This document shows, in pieces, positions 1-14,374 of a stretch of 64,000 bases of DNA; within the stretch, counting starts at the first letter, position 1; each line of letters starts with the position of its first letter. Source of the stretch: Camelus dromedarius (taxonomy: Eukaryota). The DNA is taken from positions 103,542,001-103,606,000 of the forward strand of contig NC_087437.1 of NCBI RefSeq assembly GCF_036321535.1, read 5' to 3'. The translations under genes were made by a program, and so were the position numbers. The notes beneath the pieces were generated by a model, which saw only the letters and a list, made by a program, of their open reading frames with translations, made no database searches and had not been told where the DNA came from.

Positions 1-1954
1 CCAGTTTCACTTTAGCTCCCAGCCATGAGGTTGCGTCTTTTTTGAATATGTCTTCACTTCACTTCATATTAAAATAAATTTTAATTGAGAATGAGAAGTT
101 TCTTCCTAATGATGAGTTTTGTCTTCCTTCAGATTGAAATGTAATAATGTCAAGAAATTACACTGGATTTAAATTTTAAACCTTAATTTATCTTTCTCAC
201 AGTAATAGGCTGTTTTGGGGCCAAGAGAGAAGGGAGACAGAGGGCAGGGTCAAGGTCGGGAGTGACAAGAGCTTCTCTGCCAGTTGCTTTGAACTTGGAG
301 GCAGATGGACAGTAGAGATCTCCTAAAACTTATCTGGATGGAAGAGCCCGAAGAAACTTCTGCATCTTGGCATAGTTTGGGCAAAACTTTTACCCACTCA
401 AGTGAGTACTGACCTGAAGTCTTTGCTCAAGGAAATCTGCTCATTGGACTCAGTCCAGAGTGGAAGCCCACTCTCCTCATCAGATCCTAAACTCACAAAC
501 TCCTGTCTTTCAAATCTATCTCCAACTTAACAGAGCACTTTTAGCACTAATAACTACCTTAAGAAACGAGTTCATTCTTCTCTCTTATATTTTGGATATG
601 TAAGAATTTGAAATTACTATGTTCTAACCAATATAAAAATACAAATTTGTGATTTTTCCATTTAAAATGAACACTTATGAACTGCATTAACGTAGCACTC
701 CACATTATGATAAGGGGAAAAGGAAAGAAAGGACCTGTATTGAGTTGAGAACTTTCCTAAGACTCTTCTCTGCTTGTAGCTAAATATATCCCTAATTTCC
801 CTATTTTTATTAATTATAATCACTTCTTTTCCTATTATAGTAGATTATAGTATTTAACAATTAATTCAATTTTAAATTTCTCCATATTTCAGGATAATTT
901 CACATTAGGAAAAAAAAGTTTTTTCAGTGGAAAATATATTCTCACTCCTTTGTCTAAATCATCATGCTCAAATGTTCTGTAGATGGGCTGTGTTTAATTC
1001 TGAGGGAAATTCTTCTGAGAGGGAGGAAATATCTAGATAAACCTACAGGACACTTTTTCTTTTGTAATTCCATCACTTTGAATCAAGGGAATGAACATTC
1101 TATTCACAGAAAAAAAAGTGGAGTGCATTCAAATAGACAAGAGTAAAATACGTTTTGTCACTTAATAATAAAAAAAAAGTCTTCTGTTGTTCACATGTGT
1201 GATTCTTCATGTAATGCAGAAGGAATATTCAGGTATGTAAGATATTTCAATGTTTTCTGAATTGAAATTTAACAAATGTGACAGCAATGCATATAGTAAA
1301 CAGCTTAAAGTATTAAGAAGACTTAGTCTTAAAACTCAATCTCTAAAATCTTTGGGAAAAAAATGTAATTAAATGTTCTGTTCTCCACACCCCACACACA
1401 GCTCTATCTGGATGTGCTGCATTTACAAGTAGGAAAAAATTTTAAATCACTATAAAATATGTAATTTGAACCATTATGTTTCCTGAGCTCTATTTCTGAT
1501 TTTTATAGTTTGTATGAAATCTTTCAATTATTGAATCACATATTATAAACTTTCAAATTGTTATTAAAATACAACAAACAAACAACGACACAACTTCGAG
1601 CTATTTCTGAGACTGTCAAAGTTAGGTGCAGTAATGTTTTTATCAAAAAGGAAGAATCCTCTACCATGCTTCTGAATTATTACATTATTAAACACATTGC
1701 TATTGGTGAATTATGAACTTTTGCAAACTGGAGAAGATGTTTTGATATTTTTCTAAATTTTGTCCAAATCAGTTTTCTTGGACTGCAGATTGAGATTTGA
1801 TAGCACAAAAGATGGCTTTGGAGACATACACAGATATAAAGGTTATATATGCAGATATCTACATCTCTGTATATCCAAAAGAGTTTCACTATATGTTCAT
1901 AATAAATTCTGATTCTCAATGCTCAAAAATTGTGAATTACTTTTTCACACACAT

Positions 1955-2730
1955 GTCCTGAGAACCTACCATATTGCAGGCATGGTTCTAGGTACGTGGG
2001 ACTTAGTGAACAACAATCAGAAGTCCCCACCCAACGTGAGGCACTTTAGAGGTGAGAGTTTATAATTGTTACATATAGTAAGTAAGTAAATCATATGGTG
2101 CATTAGAAGATGAAAAGAGCAATAGAAAAATGGGAGGGGGAGAAGCAGGATGAGAGGAAACAGGGTTAGGAGGACCTGACATGCTCTGGCCCGAGGAAGA
2201 GCAGTTGGCCTGCAGAGTGTGTACGGGAGATGAGATTGGGGCAGAAGGGACCATTGACAGAGTGAGACTTGAATGAAGACTTGAAGGATGTGAGAAGCTG
2301 ATCAACCAGATTTTTGCTGGGAGAACAGCTAGAACAAAGCTCTTAAATAGAGCGGATCTATTGCATCTGAGCAACAGCAAGGATGTCAATGGTCAGTATG
2401 ATCAAAATAAGTAATCAAGGACCAGGTTATAATGAAGCCCAAGAAGTAATGGGATGAACTCTTATAGGGCCATGAAGGGCACAGAAAAGGTTATGAATGA
2501 AATAAAGGGCATTTATAATTTTTTGAACAGATTTACATTTAAAAAGCCACACTCTATCTGCTAGATGGACAACAGATATTAGGGGGACAAGGATAAAAAG
2601 AGGAAGAAGTGTCAGTGGGCTACTGCAGAAATCTAGGTGAGAGAGCAGAGTGGCTTTGGGATGGGAGCATCAGAGATGGAGAGAAGGGTTCAGATACTGA
2701 GAATTGAGCCAACATGACTTCCTGATGCAG
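1955..2730 (-). mobile_element. LINE-2 (L2) remnant, 3' region
   Basis: Starts with an antisense L2 3'-end-like motif (ctgagaacctaccatattgcaggcatggttctagg). Also contains ggctactgcagaaatctaggtgagaga...gatggagagaag...gagccaacatgactt, resembling the recalled L2 consensus. Highly diverged. Confidence 0.7.
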
Positions 2731-5700
2731 GAATTTCCTGAATCCATACGAACAAAGACACCATAAAAAATTTGACCACACTAGAACCCATTGAGAATGG
2801 AACAGGATGGTAAAATAATTAAAATAATATACTGAATTATTCACTTATTTACTTGCAATTGTTTTATTGAGTGACAAATTGTTTGTATTATACTTGGGAC
2901 CTTACAGTTGTATTAAAAAAATAAGTAAAAATGTCTTTTAAACAAATAGAGCAGATTTATACACATAGCTAAAATAAAGAAAGAACTTCATATTGGTTAT
3001 CTGAACTTCAAAATATAACATAAGCAAAATAATTATTCTGCAAACATTATCATATATTTTATTAGTCATTTTTGTTTGTAAGACTATATCACCTGCATTT
3101 TTTAAGAATATCTTTTTAACAATATATTTTATTTTAATAATATCACCTACAATCTGCTTTGCATTTACACTCTTCGTGTTAAGAAATTTAAAATTTTGAC
3201 GATACTACTCCCTATACCATAACAAGCTTAATGAAGGAATCATTTTCTACAGGAGCTAAGATACTTAATAAACTCACAGAGAATTCTGCTAGAAGATATT
3301 CTCTATTCTACTTTATTTGACAATATTAGTATCTCAGTCTAAGTATTTTGTTAAGTAGGTCATTTTTCCTTTATTAATGGTACCACTTTTCAAAAAACAG
3401 GTTTTCAGATGAAACTCCTCAAATAAGTTATCTCTATCATTTGAATACACTGTTACAGAAAGGTGCTAAAATAATTCTCAATTTCATTTAGTTCCCAAAC
3501 AGAATACAAATTATTCCAGATAAAAATAGGAGCTCCAGTCAATGATTCTTCCCACAGGTCTAGATAATCCCTTTTTATTTGTTTTTATAGATGTAAGTTT
3601 GATTTTTCTTATTTGCAATCATTATTTTCACTAATTGAATTTTTCTAACAGTTTCAAAAGTGGAAGTGTTGAGTGCTGCACTTATTGAAAATTTTGATTG
3701 AAGATTCACAAATAATTTACAAAAATAAAATAAAACTCAATTTTGAGGACTCATTTACAATAACGTTAGAAACCGTTAATGGGACTTGTAAGTTGATTTA
3801 TAAGTAATACTTCGAAGACTTTCTAAAATTTGTGACAATGAACAATAAAGAAAGTATATTTGCAATGCTGGAGACTTTTTGCATTCATCATCACCTTCAT
3901 CACAAAAAAAATTTGTAGCTCAATATTCAATTTTTTTTAAGTTAGAAATTTTGACCACTACAGCTTTTATTTTGATTAAGAAAATATTGATGCTTGTTTG
4001 GACACTAAAAATGATGTGTTCATTACAATGAATTTGAAGTACGTTCCTCCTGTACAGGTTTCTTAATCTAGTATTTGTATTACTAATGCAAGAACTAATC
4101 ATTTTAGCTTCAATGCTGAAATTTTAACATTGTTTATAATTTACCATCGCATTCAATGCAATGTCAAACATGTAATTTTTAATAGAATAAACTCCAAAGG
4201 TTTTACTTTGATTCACTGAATTGAATTTTAAAAAAAATCAATCCATTATTGGAATTTATTTAATTGATTTTCTACTTGGAGCACCTGATGATGGTAAGAG
4301 CTTCATTTCACCCTGTGGTTCTTCTGCTAAAGAAACTAACACATTAATACATATCACTTCACTTCTCTATGTGCAACAGGGTAGTAGATTAAAGAAGTGA
4401 GAAAAATTAATTTACAAAATCAATCATTTGATCTAAATGAAAGTTTTTGCTTCACAAAATGATATGCAAATGTATCTCACATGGTTAAAATTTTTAAAGT
4501 TGTCCCTTGTGAGGATAAACTTAAAATACTGACTTTCAGAGCAGAAACCAATATATCTTGTTCCTTTTAGCTTTTATGTTGTTGTGGTGTCAGTATGGCA
4601 TCCCAGGTGTATGATTAATATCAATGAAGATACTATGCAGATTAGATATTCAACATCCGCTTTCTTCAGAAACAAAGCTAATATTTAATTTTCCATTTAA
4701 CCTGCACTTTAGCTTTTTTGGATTAAGGATTGCCTAAGGATTTTTAAAAAAATTAATGCATACTTAACAGTAAACTAGTAAAAGTTCAGAATATATAGTA
4801 ACTGACAAGGCATATAAATAAGGCGTATTTATAGAGTAGTCTCTTCATATTCCACAGGAACGAAACATCATCTATTTCCAGCACATATACTATGTTAATT
4901 TAATTGATAATTTTTCCATTTGCTTCTGGCTTTCACCAACTGACAACCTGAAGACTCAACAGAGCACTGAACAAACCATGGCATATTGGCTTGGACAAGG
5001 GACTAGAAAGGATGGTTGAGTGACATAATTCTCTCTCTACCACCAGAAGATGGAAGGTCTTGACCGCTTCTCACTACTTGAGCCTAAGAGCTGCTTGTTG
5101 TATCAGTGAGCAACCTGTGTGGTATGTTCAAAAACATTATGATTAGTTAGGAAAGCTCTGAGAAGAAAGGAGAGACGGATTATGACTACACACCTTTTAT
5201 AACACATGCTCAATTGAGAACCCTGTTCACGGCACATGCATCTCTATCGCTAATAGATGAGCTCATGGCAGAATCTGTATGAACAAACATACAGAACAAA
5301 ATCAACCTTGCCTTGATTTAATGCAACTACAAGTTATATTGTTTTACTTAAAATAAAAATCTTACTCAAAAGCTAAATTGGAAAAGACACTGGGAAAACA
5401 GAAACAAACCAAGCAAGCATGCCCCAGGCCAATCAGTTTGCATGGTTACACTAGGTATGAAACAGAGAAACAGGTCAAGGGAGATTTAAAGATGTTTAGT
5501 CTCTGTTTAAAAAAAAAAAAGTTTCAATGGGTGCTAAGAATAAATCTAGGCCATGATTTTGTCAATCAAAGAGCCTCAGCTGATTAACTCATTTGAAGAA
5601 GAAACAATACTGTAACCAAATAGACCAACATCTGTGATGCAAAGATAGACAATGAGATGTGGGGTGTCCTCTAGCCCAGAAAATTAAGTACTGAATTTAT

Positions 5701-6626
5701 ATTTTTAGTGAAGTTATGAAATAGACTTCAATACTTCCTTACACAATAGAACGGGGGGAGGAGGTGGACAATGACTCTGATAGGCAGCAGATGTCCTGAG
5801 AAACATCCACAAGGCAGATGGCAGTGATGTATGAAGAACAGGACTTTGGGATGCAAACAGCATGAAAAATTTTATTTGGAAGAATTTATGGAAGTAGTTT
5901 TACATTTAAAAAAAAAAACTTTAAAGACTGTGTGATTACCTGGAAATCTTACAAGCATATTGATTAGAGAAGGAGGCTGGGGAAAAAAAAGAAATAGAGA
6001 CAAAAAGATGGATTGAGAGATAATGATAGATACAGAGAGATATCTTTGGAAGGAAAGCAAAAGCAAAATTCAATTTGAGATGTTGCAATGCTCAGCATCC
6101 AAATGACCAGCTTTAGGATTTCATCTATGATCTGTATAGAGGTGAAATATTCTCATGTGGTACATAGTATTACAGAAAGCTTATATTGGTAGACAAATAT
6201 ATTTTAGCAAAACAAACATCACCTTCCATTTCTTAACAAAATATATTGTGTAAAATACATGGTGTGAAAATATTTGCTGTGGTCCATGCCTCTATAATAT
6301 CTCCTTCTCTCCATGGCCCCCAGCCAAACCTTGTAAAGAATCTCAACCTCTTCTGAATTTGTTTTAATCTTTCATCTATAAAGATGGCTTTCAAACTAGG
6401 AAACTATTTCTTTATTCATTAATTCAAGAAGTCAGACATTGACTACAGCTTGAAAAAATCCACCTGCTTGAAAGAGTAAGCAATGTTCATTTAAATATTG
6501 AAAATTGATTCAGTCTTGAACAACTGGGCAATAGAACTCTGTGATCAGACATTGGAGAATGTTTAGAATAGCTGACTTATCATTTAGCCCCGTACGTGGC
6601 ATGCTTGGGATATTTCACTTGTCTTG

Positions 6627-6845
6627 ACATAAATGTAGTTGTTTTTTAAATGGTTCTATAAGTTTTTACTGAAAATATGTTATGATTATTTAGTAATCAC
6701 AACATATATGTAGTTGTTTTTAAATGGTTTTATACATTTTACTGAAAATGTGATTATTTAATAATCACAACATAAATGTAGTTGTTTTTTTAAATGGTTT
6801 TATAAGTTTTTACTGAAAACATGTTATGATTATTTGATAATCACA
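6627..6845. repeat. Three-copy tandem repeat, unit ~68-76 bp
   Basis: Units start at 6627, 6702 and 6770. Each reads acata(a/t)atgtagttgtttttt...aaatggtt...actgaaaa...tgattattt...taatcaca. Confidence 0.95.
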
Positions 6846-7754
6846 ATTCCCTTCTTCCGTTCAAAAACCTTGTGTATAACTCACAGGCAAGCACTGCTGC
6901 AATTATTTAAAATTGCAGTGTTACCCAAAATGCCAGTAACTTCATTGCGCAAAACTTAAGAGGGAACATGACATCCACATTATAAATGAAATGACGGCAT
7001 TTTGTATTAAAATATCACTAGAGCAGTTGTATAAAGACAGAATTGCTCACCATAATGATTAAATCTTCATTGTACTGTGGCAAGTAGCAATGAACTGGTA
7101 ATCCATCTGCACTTGCTTTCTTCAAATATTAGGATTTATTACCACAGAAAATAGGGCCTACTAATTTTCCAGCCAACCACCTGTAAAGTATAATTCACTG
7201 GAACAGATAATGTGAGATTTTTTTCTTGCATTGCTCTTTAGTTATCTTCATTATCTCTACTTGAATGAAAGCATATTTCAAAAGCTGGACAATTATATGG
7301 CTCTATCCGTTGTACAACTTGCTAAAGATAGTAATTTGTTGACATAAAATTAATTTTATGCTCAGTTTACAGATACAATCCACTGGAATGTATTTACATT
7401 ATTAACAGCTTTAAATTTTTGGAAATCTACTTGAATTGTTTGTAGTTAATCATATTATAGTTAATTATATAATTATAGAATATTTCACAGCATATTTACC
7501 AGTAAGCCATATTATCTTCTAATAAACTATCCTGAGAAGCAGTGCCAGTATTATTTTGAATAATGTCTATGAAATGCAAATCCATCAACTAAATATAAAC
7601 TTCTTTTTAAATAATTTCTAGTACTAAATTATCAACAGGGATTTTTCTCTAGGATTTAAAAAAAGTTATTTAAAATAGGTTGTAAATGAGAACTAACAGT
7701 TCCATCACAGTAAGAACAATGCCAGGTGTCAGCTATTACATTTTATTTTATTGT

Positions 7755-8200
7755 ATTGGTGTGAATTTGATTTTGCTTTGACCAATGGAAAAGCCCTAAA
7801 TATTAGTGGCTTAAATAAAACTGCAATTTATTTCTCTCATAAGCAAAGTCCAGGTATGCAATTCCATGAACCTCCAGGACTCTGGCTCCTATTGTGTTTT
7901 GGGGGTGCCATCCGCAGAATGCAGCTTCCACCTCATGGTCCAGGATGTTTGCTCTAACTGAAGCTGGCATTTCAGTATTTCAGCCAGTGATAGGGAGAAA
8001 GGGGTAGAAAAAGTCTGAGCCCTCTCTCTTTTTCAGACACTTTACAGAATTTACATATAATATTTCCACTGACATCTTTCAGATCAGAATTAACTCAATG
8101 GCCAGAGCTAATTGCCAAGAAGGATAAGAAATGCCATCTTTTTTTTTGTCACCCAGCTGTCCAGCAAAAATGAAAAGTTACTATTATATCGGGAGTATGG
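7755..8200 (-). mobile_element. Old MaLR LTR (MLT1J/K-like)
   Basis: agtggcttaaataaaa...atttatttctctca is the antisense MLT1 3' end. Internal ctcatggtccaggatg and aattgccaagaaggataagaaatg motifs also fit. Confidence 0.55.
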
Positions 8201-8514
8201 GAAACATTAGTCGTTTCTGATACAATTATTGGTGAGTGCATTCCCAGTGCCTAAAATAATGATCTTAATAGCAATAAACATATATGTATTTAATAAATAT
8301 ATTGAATAGGACAGACATGTTTTAATGAATAGCCCTAATACTCTCTGTAATCTTCTTATCCTATGATTTGGAGTTAATAAAAATGCCTAGTTTTCATGTG
8401 AATCTATCATTTCACCAAAACTTTATTTTTTTCTCAAATCGTTTTTTATTTAATTTTGTCATAAAACTAAATTTCTAAAACCTTCAGGTCACTGTTTACC
8501 TATAAAATGGTCTA

Positions 8515-8689
8515 ATCAGTACAGTGAAGTTATTAAGGGACTAGAAATGAGGTGCAGACTGCCTCCCTTCTAACACAGCTAATGGGGTGGAATTGGGCTG
8601 GTTATTTACACTCTCTGTGATAGAATTTTCTTATCTTTAATATGGGGATAAAAAGTCAACTTAATACAATTAAATTGCTTAGAATAGCA
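8515..8689 (+). mobile_element. MIR SINE, interrupted by an MLT1 LTR; 3' end resumes at ~9233-9270
   Basis: MIR core-like ttgggctggttatttacactctctgtg...ttttcttatctttaatatggggataa. The MIR tail taagcacttag...aagtgctgacaaagtgtt follows the LTR. Confidence 0.55.
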
Positions 8690-9232
8690 GTAAAGCAGAC
8701 AGACCCTCTGGTAACCCTGTGATCCTGCCTTCTAGTATTAAAGTTCTTGTGTGGTCCTCTCCCCTTGTATATGAAGCCTGTGATTCATTTCTAACCAGTA
8801 AAATATTCCAAAGGCAACAGGATGTATGTGATTATGTGTAATGCTCTTCCTGCAAAGAGACTCTCTGTCCCTCACCAGCTTTAGGGAAGCAGAAGGGAAG
8901 GTTGGGAAGGCTTCCTGGCCAGGGACTGAGGACAGCCTCTGCTGATAGCCAGCAAGAAACTGAAACCCTCAGTTTCACAGTCCACAAGGAACTAGGTGCT
9001 ACCGGCGACCATGCAAGCTAGGAGGCAGGTCCTTCCTTAGCTGAGCTTCAGATGAGACCTTAGCCCCGGCCAGCACCTGACTGCAGCCTTGTGATGTGAG
9101 ACACTGAATCAGAAGATCCACTAAGGTCATGGCCTAACTACTGACCAACAGAAACTGTGAGGCAATAAGTGTGTGTTGCTTTAAGCTGCTAATTTTGTAA
9201 TAATATTGCTATGGAGGGAGAGAGAATTAATT
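8690..9232 (+). mobile_element. MaLR solo LTR (MLT1E/F-like)
   Basis: Contains agccagcaagaaactgaaaccctcagt, gagcttcagatgagac, cacctgactgcagccttgtga and cagaaactgtgaggcaataagtgtgtgttgctttaagctgctaa, typical of MLT1E/F. Confidence 0.8.
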
Positions 9233-9267
9233 TAAGCACTTAGTGCATATAAAGTGCTGACAAAGTG

Positions 9268-9302
<35 letters not shown>

Positions 9303-9322
9303 CATTATTATTATTATCATTA
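9268..9322. repeat. (ATT)n microsatellite
   Basis: Directly visible run of tta/att with two atc variants, at a MIR tail. Confidence 0.95.
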
Positions 9323-9324
9323 CT

Positions 9325-9480
9325 GTATGTGGCAAGACCATAGGCTTTGAAATCACATAGATCTGAATTCAAAAATAAAATGACCCTTACTAGCTGTAAA
9401 TCTGTACAATCACATTTGGAATCTAGATTTCTTCATCTGAAAAATAGAAGCAATAATAGCTACCTAATAAACTTTTTTGG
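9325..9480 (+). mobile_element. MIR SINE
   Basis: aggctttgaaatcacatagatctgaattcaaa...cttactagctgt...tttcttcatctgaaaaatagaagcaataatagctacct matches the recalled MIR core. Confidence 0.65.
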
Positions 9481-9839
9481 GGGGATAATAATTAAAACAA
9501 ATTTGTTACTGATAGCTAATGTACTAAATCCTTTTTCTATATTATCTCATTTAATCTTTATGAGAATATTACCAAATTCTTATTATGTCCATACGTGTTG
9601 ACAAATAAGGAAACTGTATTATAGAAAGACTAAATAGTTTTAATCAAATAGCCATTAACCAACATAGGCATGATCCAATTCCATCCAAGTCTGGCTTTAG
9701 AGTGTGAACCATACACTGATCCTCTGCCAAATAAAATAATTTTAACTGCCTCTCTTAGATGTTGGTGATGTAACAGAATTAAACAGATATTTAGATGTTA
9801 AGTAGATAAGACAAAACCACCAAAGGGAACTGACAATTA

Positions 9840-11500
9840 GCTGCTGGAGACGTAGCAGGGAAACCAATGAAGAATAGTGTTCTACAAGCCAAGTAAAATT
9901 TTGATGACCTTTTTATATGTTTTTGGTAGGGCCTGAAAACTGAAAACTGGCCATTGCAGTAATGAAGTGGAGATCATCATTACCAATACTGAGCACAGGT
10001 TTGATGGAAAGGTGTGAGTAAAAGTCTAACTAAAGAGTTTTAGAAAAGATTGATGGAGAGGATTAGAAGCAGCTAGTAAAGACAACACTTTAGATAAATC
10101 TTGAAGTAAAAGGAACAGAGAAATAACATAGCAGGAGGGAAACAGTGATCATGAGAGAGGTTTTCTGTTTGCTTTAAAACAGGAGAGAGGAAAACATGTT
10201 TACGTGCTGAAGTAAAGAAGCCAGTAGAGAGGACATATTAATAATCAGGAGAAGTACAGGCAAATTGCTAGGGTTGTCCTGGAGTAGGTGAGAGTACCGA
10301 GCTCTCATGCTGGCTTTGGGTAGAACTGACAGTTCATGGATCACAAGGGCAGGTTATATGGGTAGATTCTGCCAGGAGCACGGAAGGGTAGGTGGTAGCT
10401 TGGGTAGCTTCTGGTGATGGAAAAGTAAAATAAGAAAGACTGCTAAGAATGGGGAGAGGAGAGCAGGGATTACATGAGAGAGGGGAAAGTATGAATTAAT
10501 CATTCAGAGAGTAAATTGAATCAGAAAAGGTAATTTGATTGACAACCAATATGAAGGGCACTTTTCAGGTTGGGGGTCATGAATTTAAAATGCAGCAGTC
10601 AGTATGTCTGTGTTTTCTTTTCATTTGTGTCCAGGGCTGCAAATGTGTGTCATATTTAATCCTCTTTGAATTTTCCAGGAGAGTATGATTCAAGAAAAGA
10701 GAAGCAATGAAATTGACAGTTGATACAATCATAACTGACTACAGTATTAAGCTGGATAAGAAGCAAATGAGTAAATGACAGAAATGGCAGGCAGTTTAAG
10801 AGTGTGGCATCAGTGGAATGTAGGTCCCAAAAAAGGTTAGAGCATTAGCGAGAAGGAGCTGAAAATACGAGAAGTATTGATCTGTGAGTGGGATGCATGA
10901 AATTGAGAAAACGGAGATGCGGCAGACGTTGCTAGTGACATGTTCTTGTGCAGGGTCATACAAGTGAAAGTTTGGGGTACGGTGGAAAAAAAAATTATTG
11001 AAAGAGCAGTTGTTCAAGCTCCAAGATCAGAGAGTTGCAAAGACTATCTATGTGGTTATTGAAACTACTAAGGATTATACCACATATACATTTTGACGGG
11101 ACTGAATGTGAGCCAGGAACTAAAACCCTTAGGCAATGAAGAAAGACCTAGAGCTTCGTGACTGTTGGTAATGATGAGAGATTGCGCATGCTATAGGGCC
11201 GCGATTGTCAAAGTGTGGTCCCCGGACTTGCAGCATAGCACCATTGGGACCAGATTAGAAATGCAATATTCTGGGTGCATCCAGTTTACCGATAAAAAAA
11301 TTCAGGGTAGGCTCAACAATCGCTATTTTAACAAGTCTTCCAGGTGATTCTGAGGCACATTAAAATTGAGGACACTGATATGGTGTACTGCCATGGGCTC
11401 TAAAACCGGGAATTTTGGGAAGAGGAAAGAAGATCGGTCTGGAAGTAGCCAGGAGGAGCGAAACACACAACTACCTTGCCTTTAGGCCTGGTGAACATGG
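9840..11500 (-). mobile_element. Long L2 remnant (interrupted by MER5A)
   Basis: Purine-rich plus strand with L2-like motifs, e.g. gaagaatagtgttctacaagccaag and agtaaagacaacacttt...gtaaaaggaacagagaaat. Diverged; boundaries approximate. Confidence 0.55.
11199..11377 (+). mobile_element. MER5A-like hAT-Charlie MITE
   Basis: tcaaagtgtggtccccggac...ttagaaatgcaa...ttttaacaagtcttccaggtgattctga...tgaggacactg; ~180 bp, as expected for MER5A. Confidence 0.85.
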
Positions 11501-11539
11501 AGGTCGGATGTAATTAATTTATAATAAAGACAGTAATTA

Positions 11540-11710
11540 GCCTTTATTGACTATATACTTACTATATACTAGGAAATACGCTAAATTGCTTTCCATAGAG
11601 GATCTAATTTAATCAAAACAACGACTCTGGTAAGTGTTGTTTTCATCCCCGTTTTACAGAGGAGGACTCTGACAAGACATTCTGTTAACGACTTGCCTCA
11701 GGTCACTTGA
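11540..11710 (-). mobile_element. MIR SINE
   Basis: atccccgttttacagaggaggactctga...acgacttgcctcaggtcac is the antisense MIR core. Confidence 0.7.
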
Positions 11711-12137
11711 TTCATGTATTTCCTTTCTTCCTGGCTTTTATATATTTTAAAAGCAAATCAAATATTTATTTCTCAAACCCTCCACCTCAGATTGTACTGA
11801 CCATCATAAATTTTGCTACCATTCATTTCAGTTACTGTGTGACATTGTGATTTATAAAATATATATACATATGGTCATTCAGATGGCTAAACTATATTTC
11901 TTATGTGTATTTGCTACCACCAAAATTTGCTACTGATTTTTTGTCTGTCAAGTACCAACTCTCTAAGCCTTAGATAAATGAGAAAATTTTAACCTGTTAA
12001 GCCAGCAGATCCCTTCCAATTTTACTATTTTAGTGAATCTCTGAGAAGAGTCATACAGGATGAGTTAGGGCAGCTGGACTTTTTGAGGAACGTGCAAACA
12101 AGTCAGAGTGAAAGGATTCTGATTCCAGAAATTCCAA

Positions 12138-12403
12138 TACGGTGCGTGTGGGTGGAGAGCACCAACAGGCAATTTTCAGGATATCAGCTGTGTGTCCTAC
12201 AGTTTAACACTATCTGTCTCCCTAGAAGTAGCATCGGATTCCACCCATTGTTTAAGGATTCAGTCTTACAGGACCACACCTGTCCCCACAATAGAGGCTA
12301 ATCCCAAATCCAGGTTGTCACATGGGCTTCTGACTAAATGGCTATAAATAGCTATAAATCAGAGGTTCCCGTGACCCTCTCCTTGGGTTTGATTAATTTG
12401 CTT
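12138..12403 (-). mobile_element. MER21-like LTR fragment
   Basis: cagctgtgtgtcct, tggctataaat and ggttcccgtgaccctctccttgggtttgattaatttgct match my recollection of MER21B/C (antisense). Confidence 0.7.
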
Positions 12404-13122
12404 TCTGTTAATTGATGGCTGAAAATACAGTTTTCCAGAAATGTGCCACCCCTAAATTTCTTCCTACACTCGGGTGCCAGACTGAGCTGCCTAAAATGCA
12501 AAACTGATCTTGTCCCTTCTCTGATTAAAACTCCTTTAAATTCCTCTATTGCTTATAGCTGTGTTTTTTGTGTTTCTTTGTTGAAACACACAAGAAAATA
12601 GCAGAGAATGCATTATAATCTCCAAAACTAATTTTTCTTCCTTCTTGCCTCCGTCGCTTCCCTCCTTTCTTCCTTGTTCCCCTTCCTCTCTCTCTGCCTC
12701 TCCTTCTCTATCATCAGGCCACTCGAGGTGGCTGTTCTCTTGCTCTCTGTGCATCCCCTGCTCCCCCAGTGCCTGCTTCACCTCCACCCTATTCACATGA
12801 CTGACCTTCCTACATACTTGCCCTAGTTAAGGATTGTTCTTATCAAAGGGGCTGTGAGGGGTGAGCCCCTCTGCCGGCTTCCCTGGTAACAAATGAGCCA
12901 ATCAATAACTGCTAACCTCCACCCGCCTGTCTCTGCCTGCTGTCCACAGCACACAGTGGGGCACTGCACCAGGATCTTGCTTCAGACGTGTAAGCTCCCC
13001 CATCCATTAAACCACTGATGTCTCTGGCACTGACTCTGGGCTCTTTCTTCGGTCCTGAAGCTGGGTGGGTAAAGACCTTGTGTGCCTGTGGGGTGGGGTC
13101 CATCACCTTCTGTCTCATCTCA

Positions 13123-13470
13123 TGTAGACTGCATTCCCCAGCCTCTCTTGCAGTCAGGGATGCCCAAGTGACTGGGTCTTAACCATGGAATACAAACTGA
13201 ATCAAGGGTGTCACTTCAAGTCCAACCTTATCAGGGAAATAGGTATGCCTTTTCATTCCCTTTTACTTCTGCTGGCTTGAAATCACCACCAGTAGGATGC
13301 CAGAAACAGTGGTGAAGACATGGTTCCTGAGTGACCCTAGAGCAGAGCACAACCCCACCTCTGACTGTCCTGGGCTCTGACCAGGAATATCATTTTTGAA
13401 CGTCAAGTAAGTGAAAAACAAACTTTTATTATGGGGAACATATCTATACGACACTCCAGAATTTATCTTA
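13123..13470 (+). mobile_element. Old MaLR LTR (MLT1H/I/J-like)
   Basis: ctgcattccccagcctctcttgcagtcagggatgcccaagtgactggg is a typical MLT1 5' motif. Confidence 0.6.
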
Positions 13471-14374
13471 CTCAGACACTTGTGTTTCTTTAACTTACAT
13501 AATCTCTTAATTTTTATTCCATGATGCCCTTGATTTATATTACATGATGAAGAAAACAGCTTGTTTACTTTTTAATTTATGTGAAGCATTGGAAAATATT
13601 ACTAGAATGTAACTGCCTGTTCGGAAAGCACCATTGCTTTAAAAGCTATTGCGAATTACATGTTTTGCTTTGTAAGCTTCCAAGAAGCTTAGAATGATAC
13701 AGAAAGTTATACTTATATTTTTAAGATGCAATTATGTCCTGTACTTCTCTCGTTTCCTTAGGGAGTTAACAGCATATCTATGTGAGCTGAATTAACCAAG
13801 GCAGCAATTAGCATATGGCAAGTTGTCATTTGTTAAGCGGGTGAGCAGTCACATGGACAGAAACTTTACACTCAAAATCTAATTTACTTATAGAAATCAG
13901 TTCCTATGTGTTTTTTGGCTCTAAGTGGTTTATAGCCTCAACATATTTGTAGGAACACAATCACCATCACGTATCACAGCTGTCTTTAATAAAAGTATTA
14001 CATGGATGATGAAATGAAGTTTTTGTTGAATGATATTCATATGCAAATTTTAATTTAATAAATTTGAGAGTTACTAGGAGGAAGCAGAAGCTTGTTACAA
14101 TTCGTTGATACTCTAATTTTCATTAATTAGAGGTTATCAAAAATCATAATTTGAACACCAGGAACTATCTTTCAGGTAAGAGGTTAACTGAGGCTCTTAT
14201 TGCTATTTAATAAGCTTGGACCACCGCCCAGTTACCTTGATTTCCTTTAAATGCTCACTACCAGTGGTTTTTAGTGGATGTACTGCTACTACACTACTAG
14301 TAGGGAAAAAATTCCAATTTTTAGAGCTGTCTCCAGTTGTCTCAAATATTGGAGAGCATCACTGGTCCTTTAGT

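Noticed and set aside
6627..6845. CRISPR-like array
   Set aside because: Units are contiguous with no unique spacers, there are no cas genes, and the DNA is mammalian.
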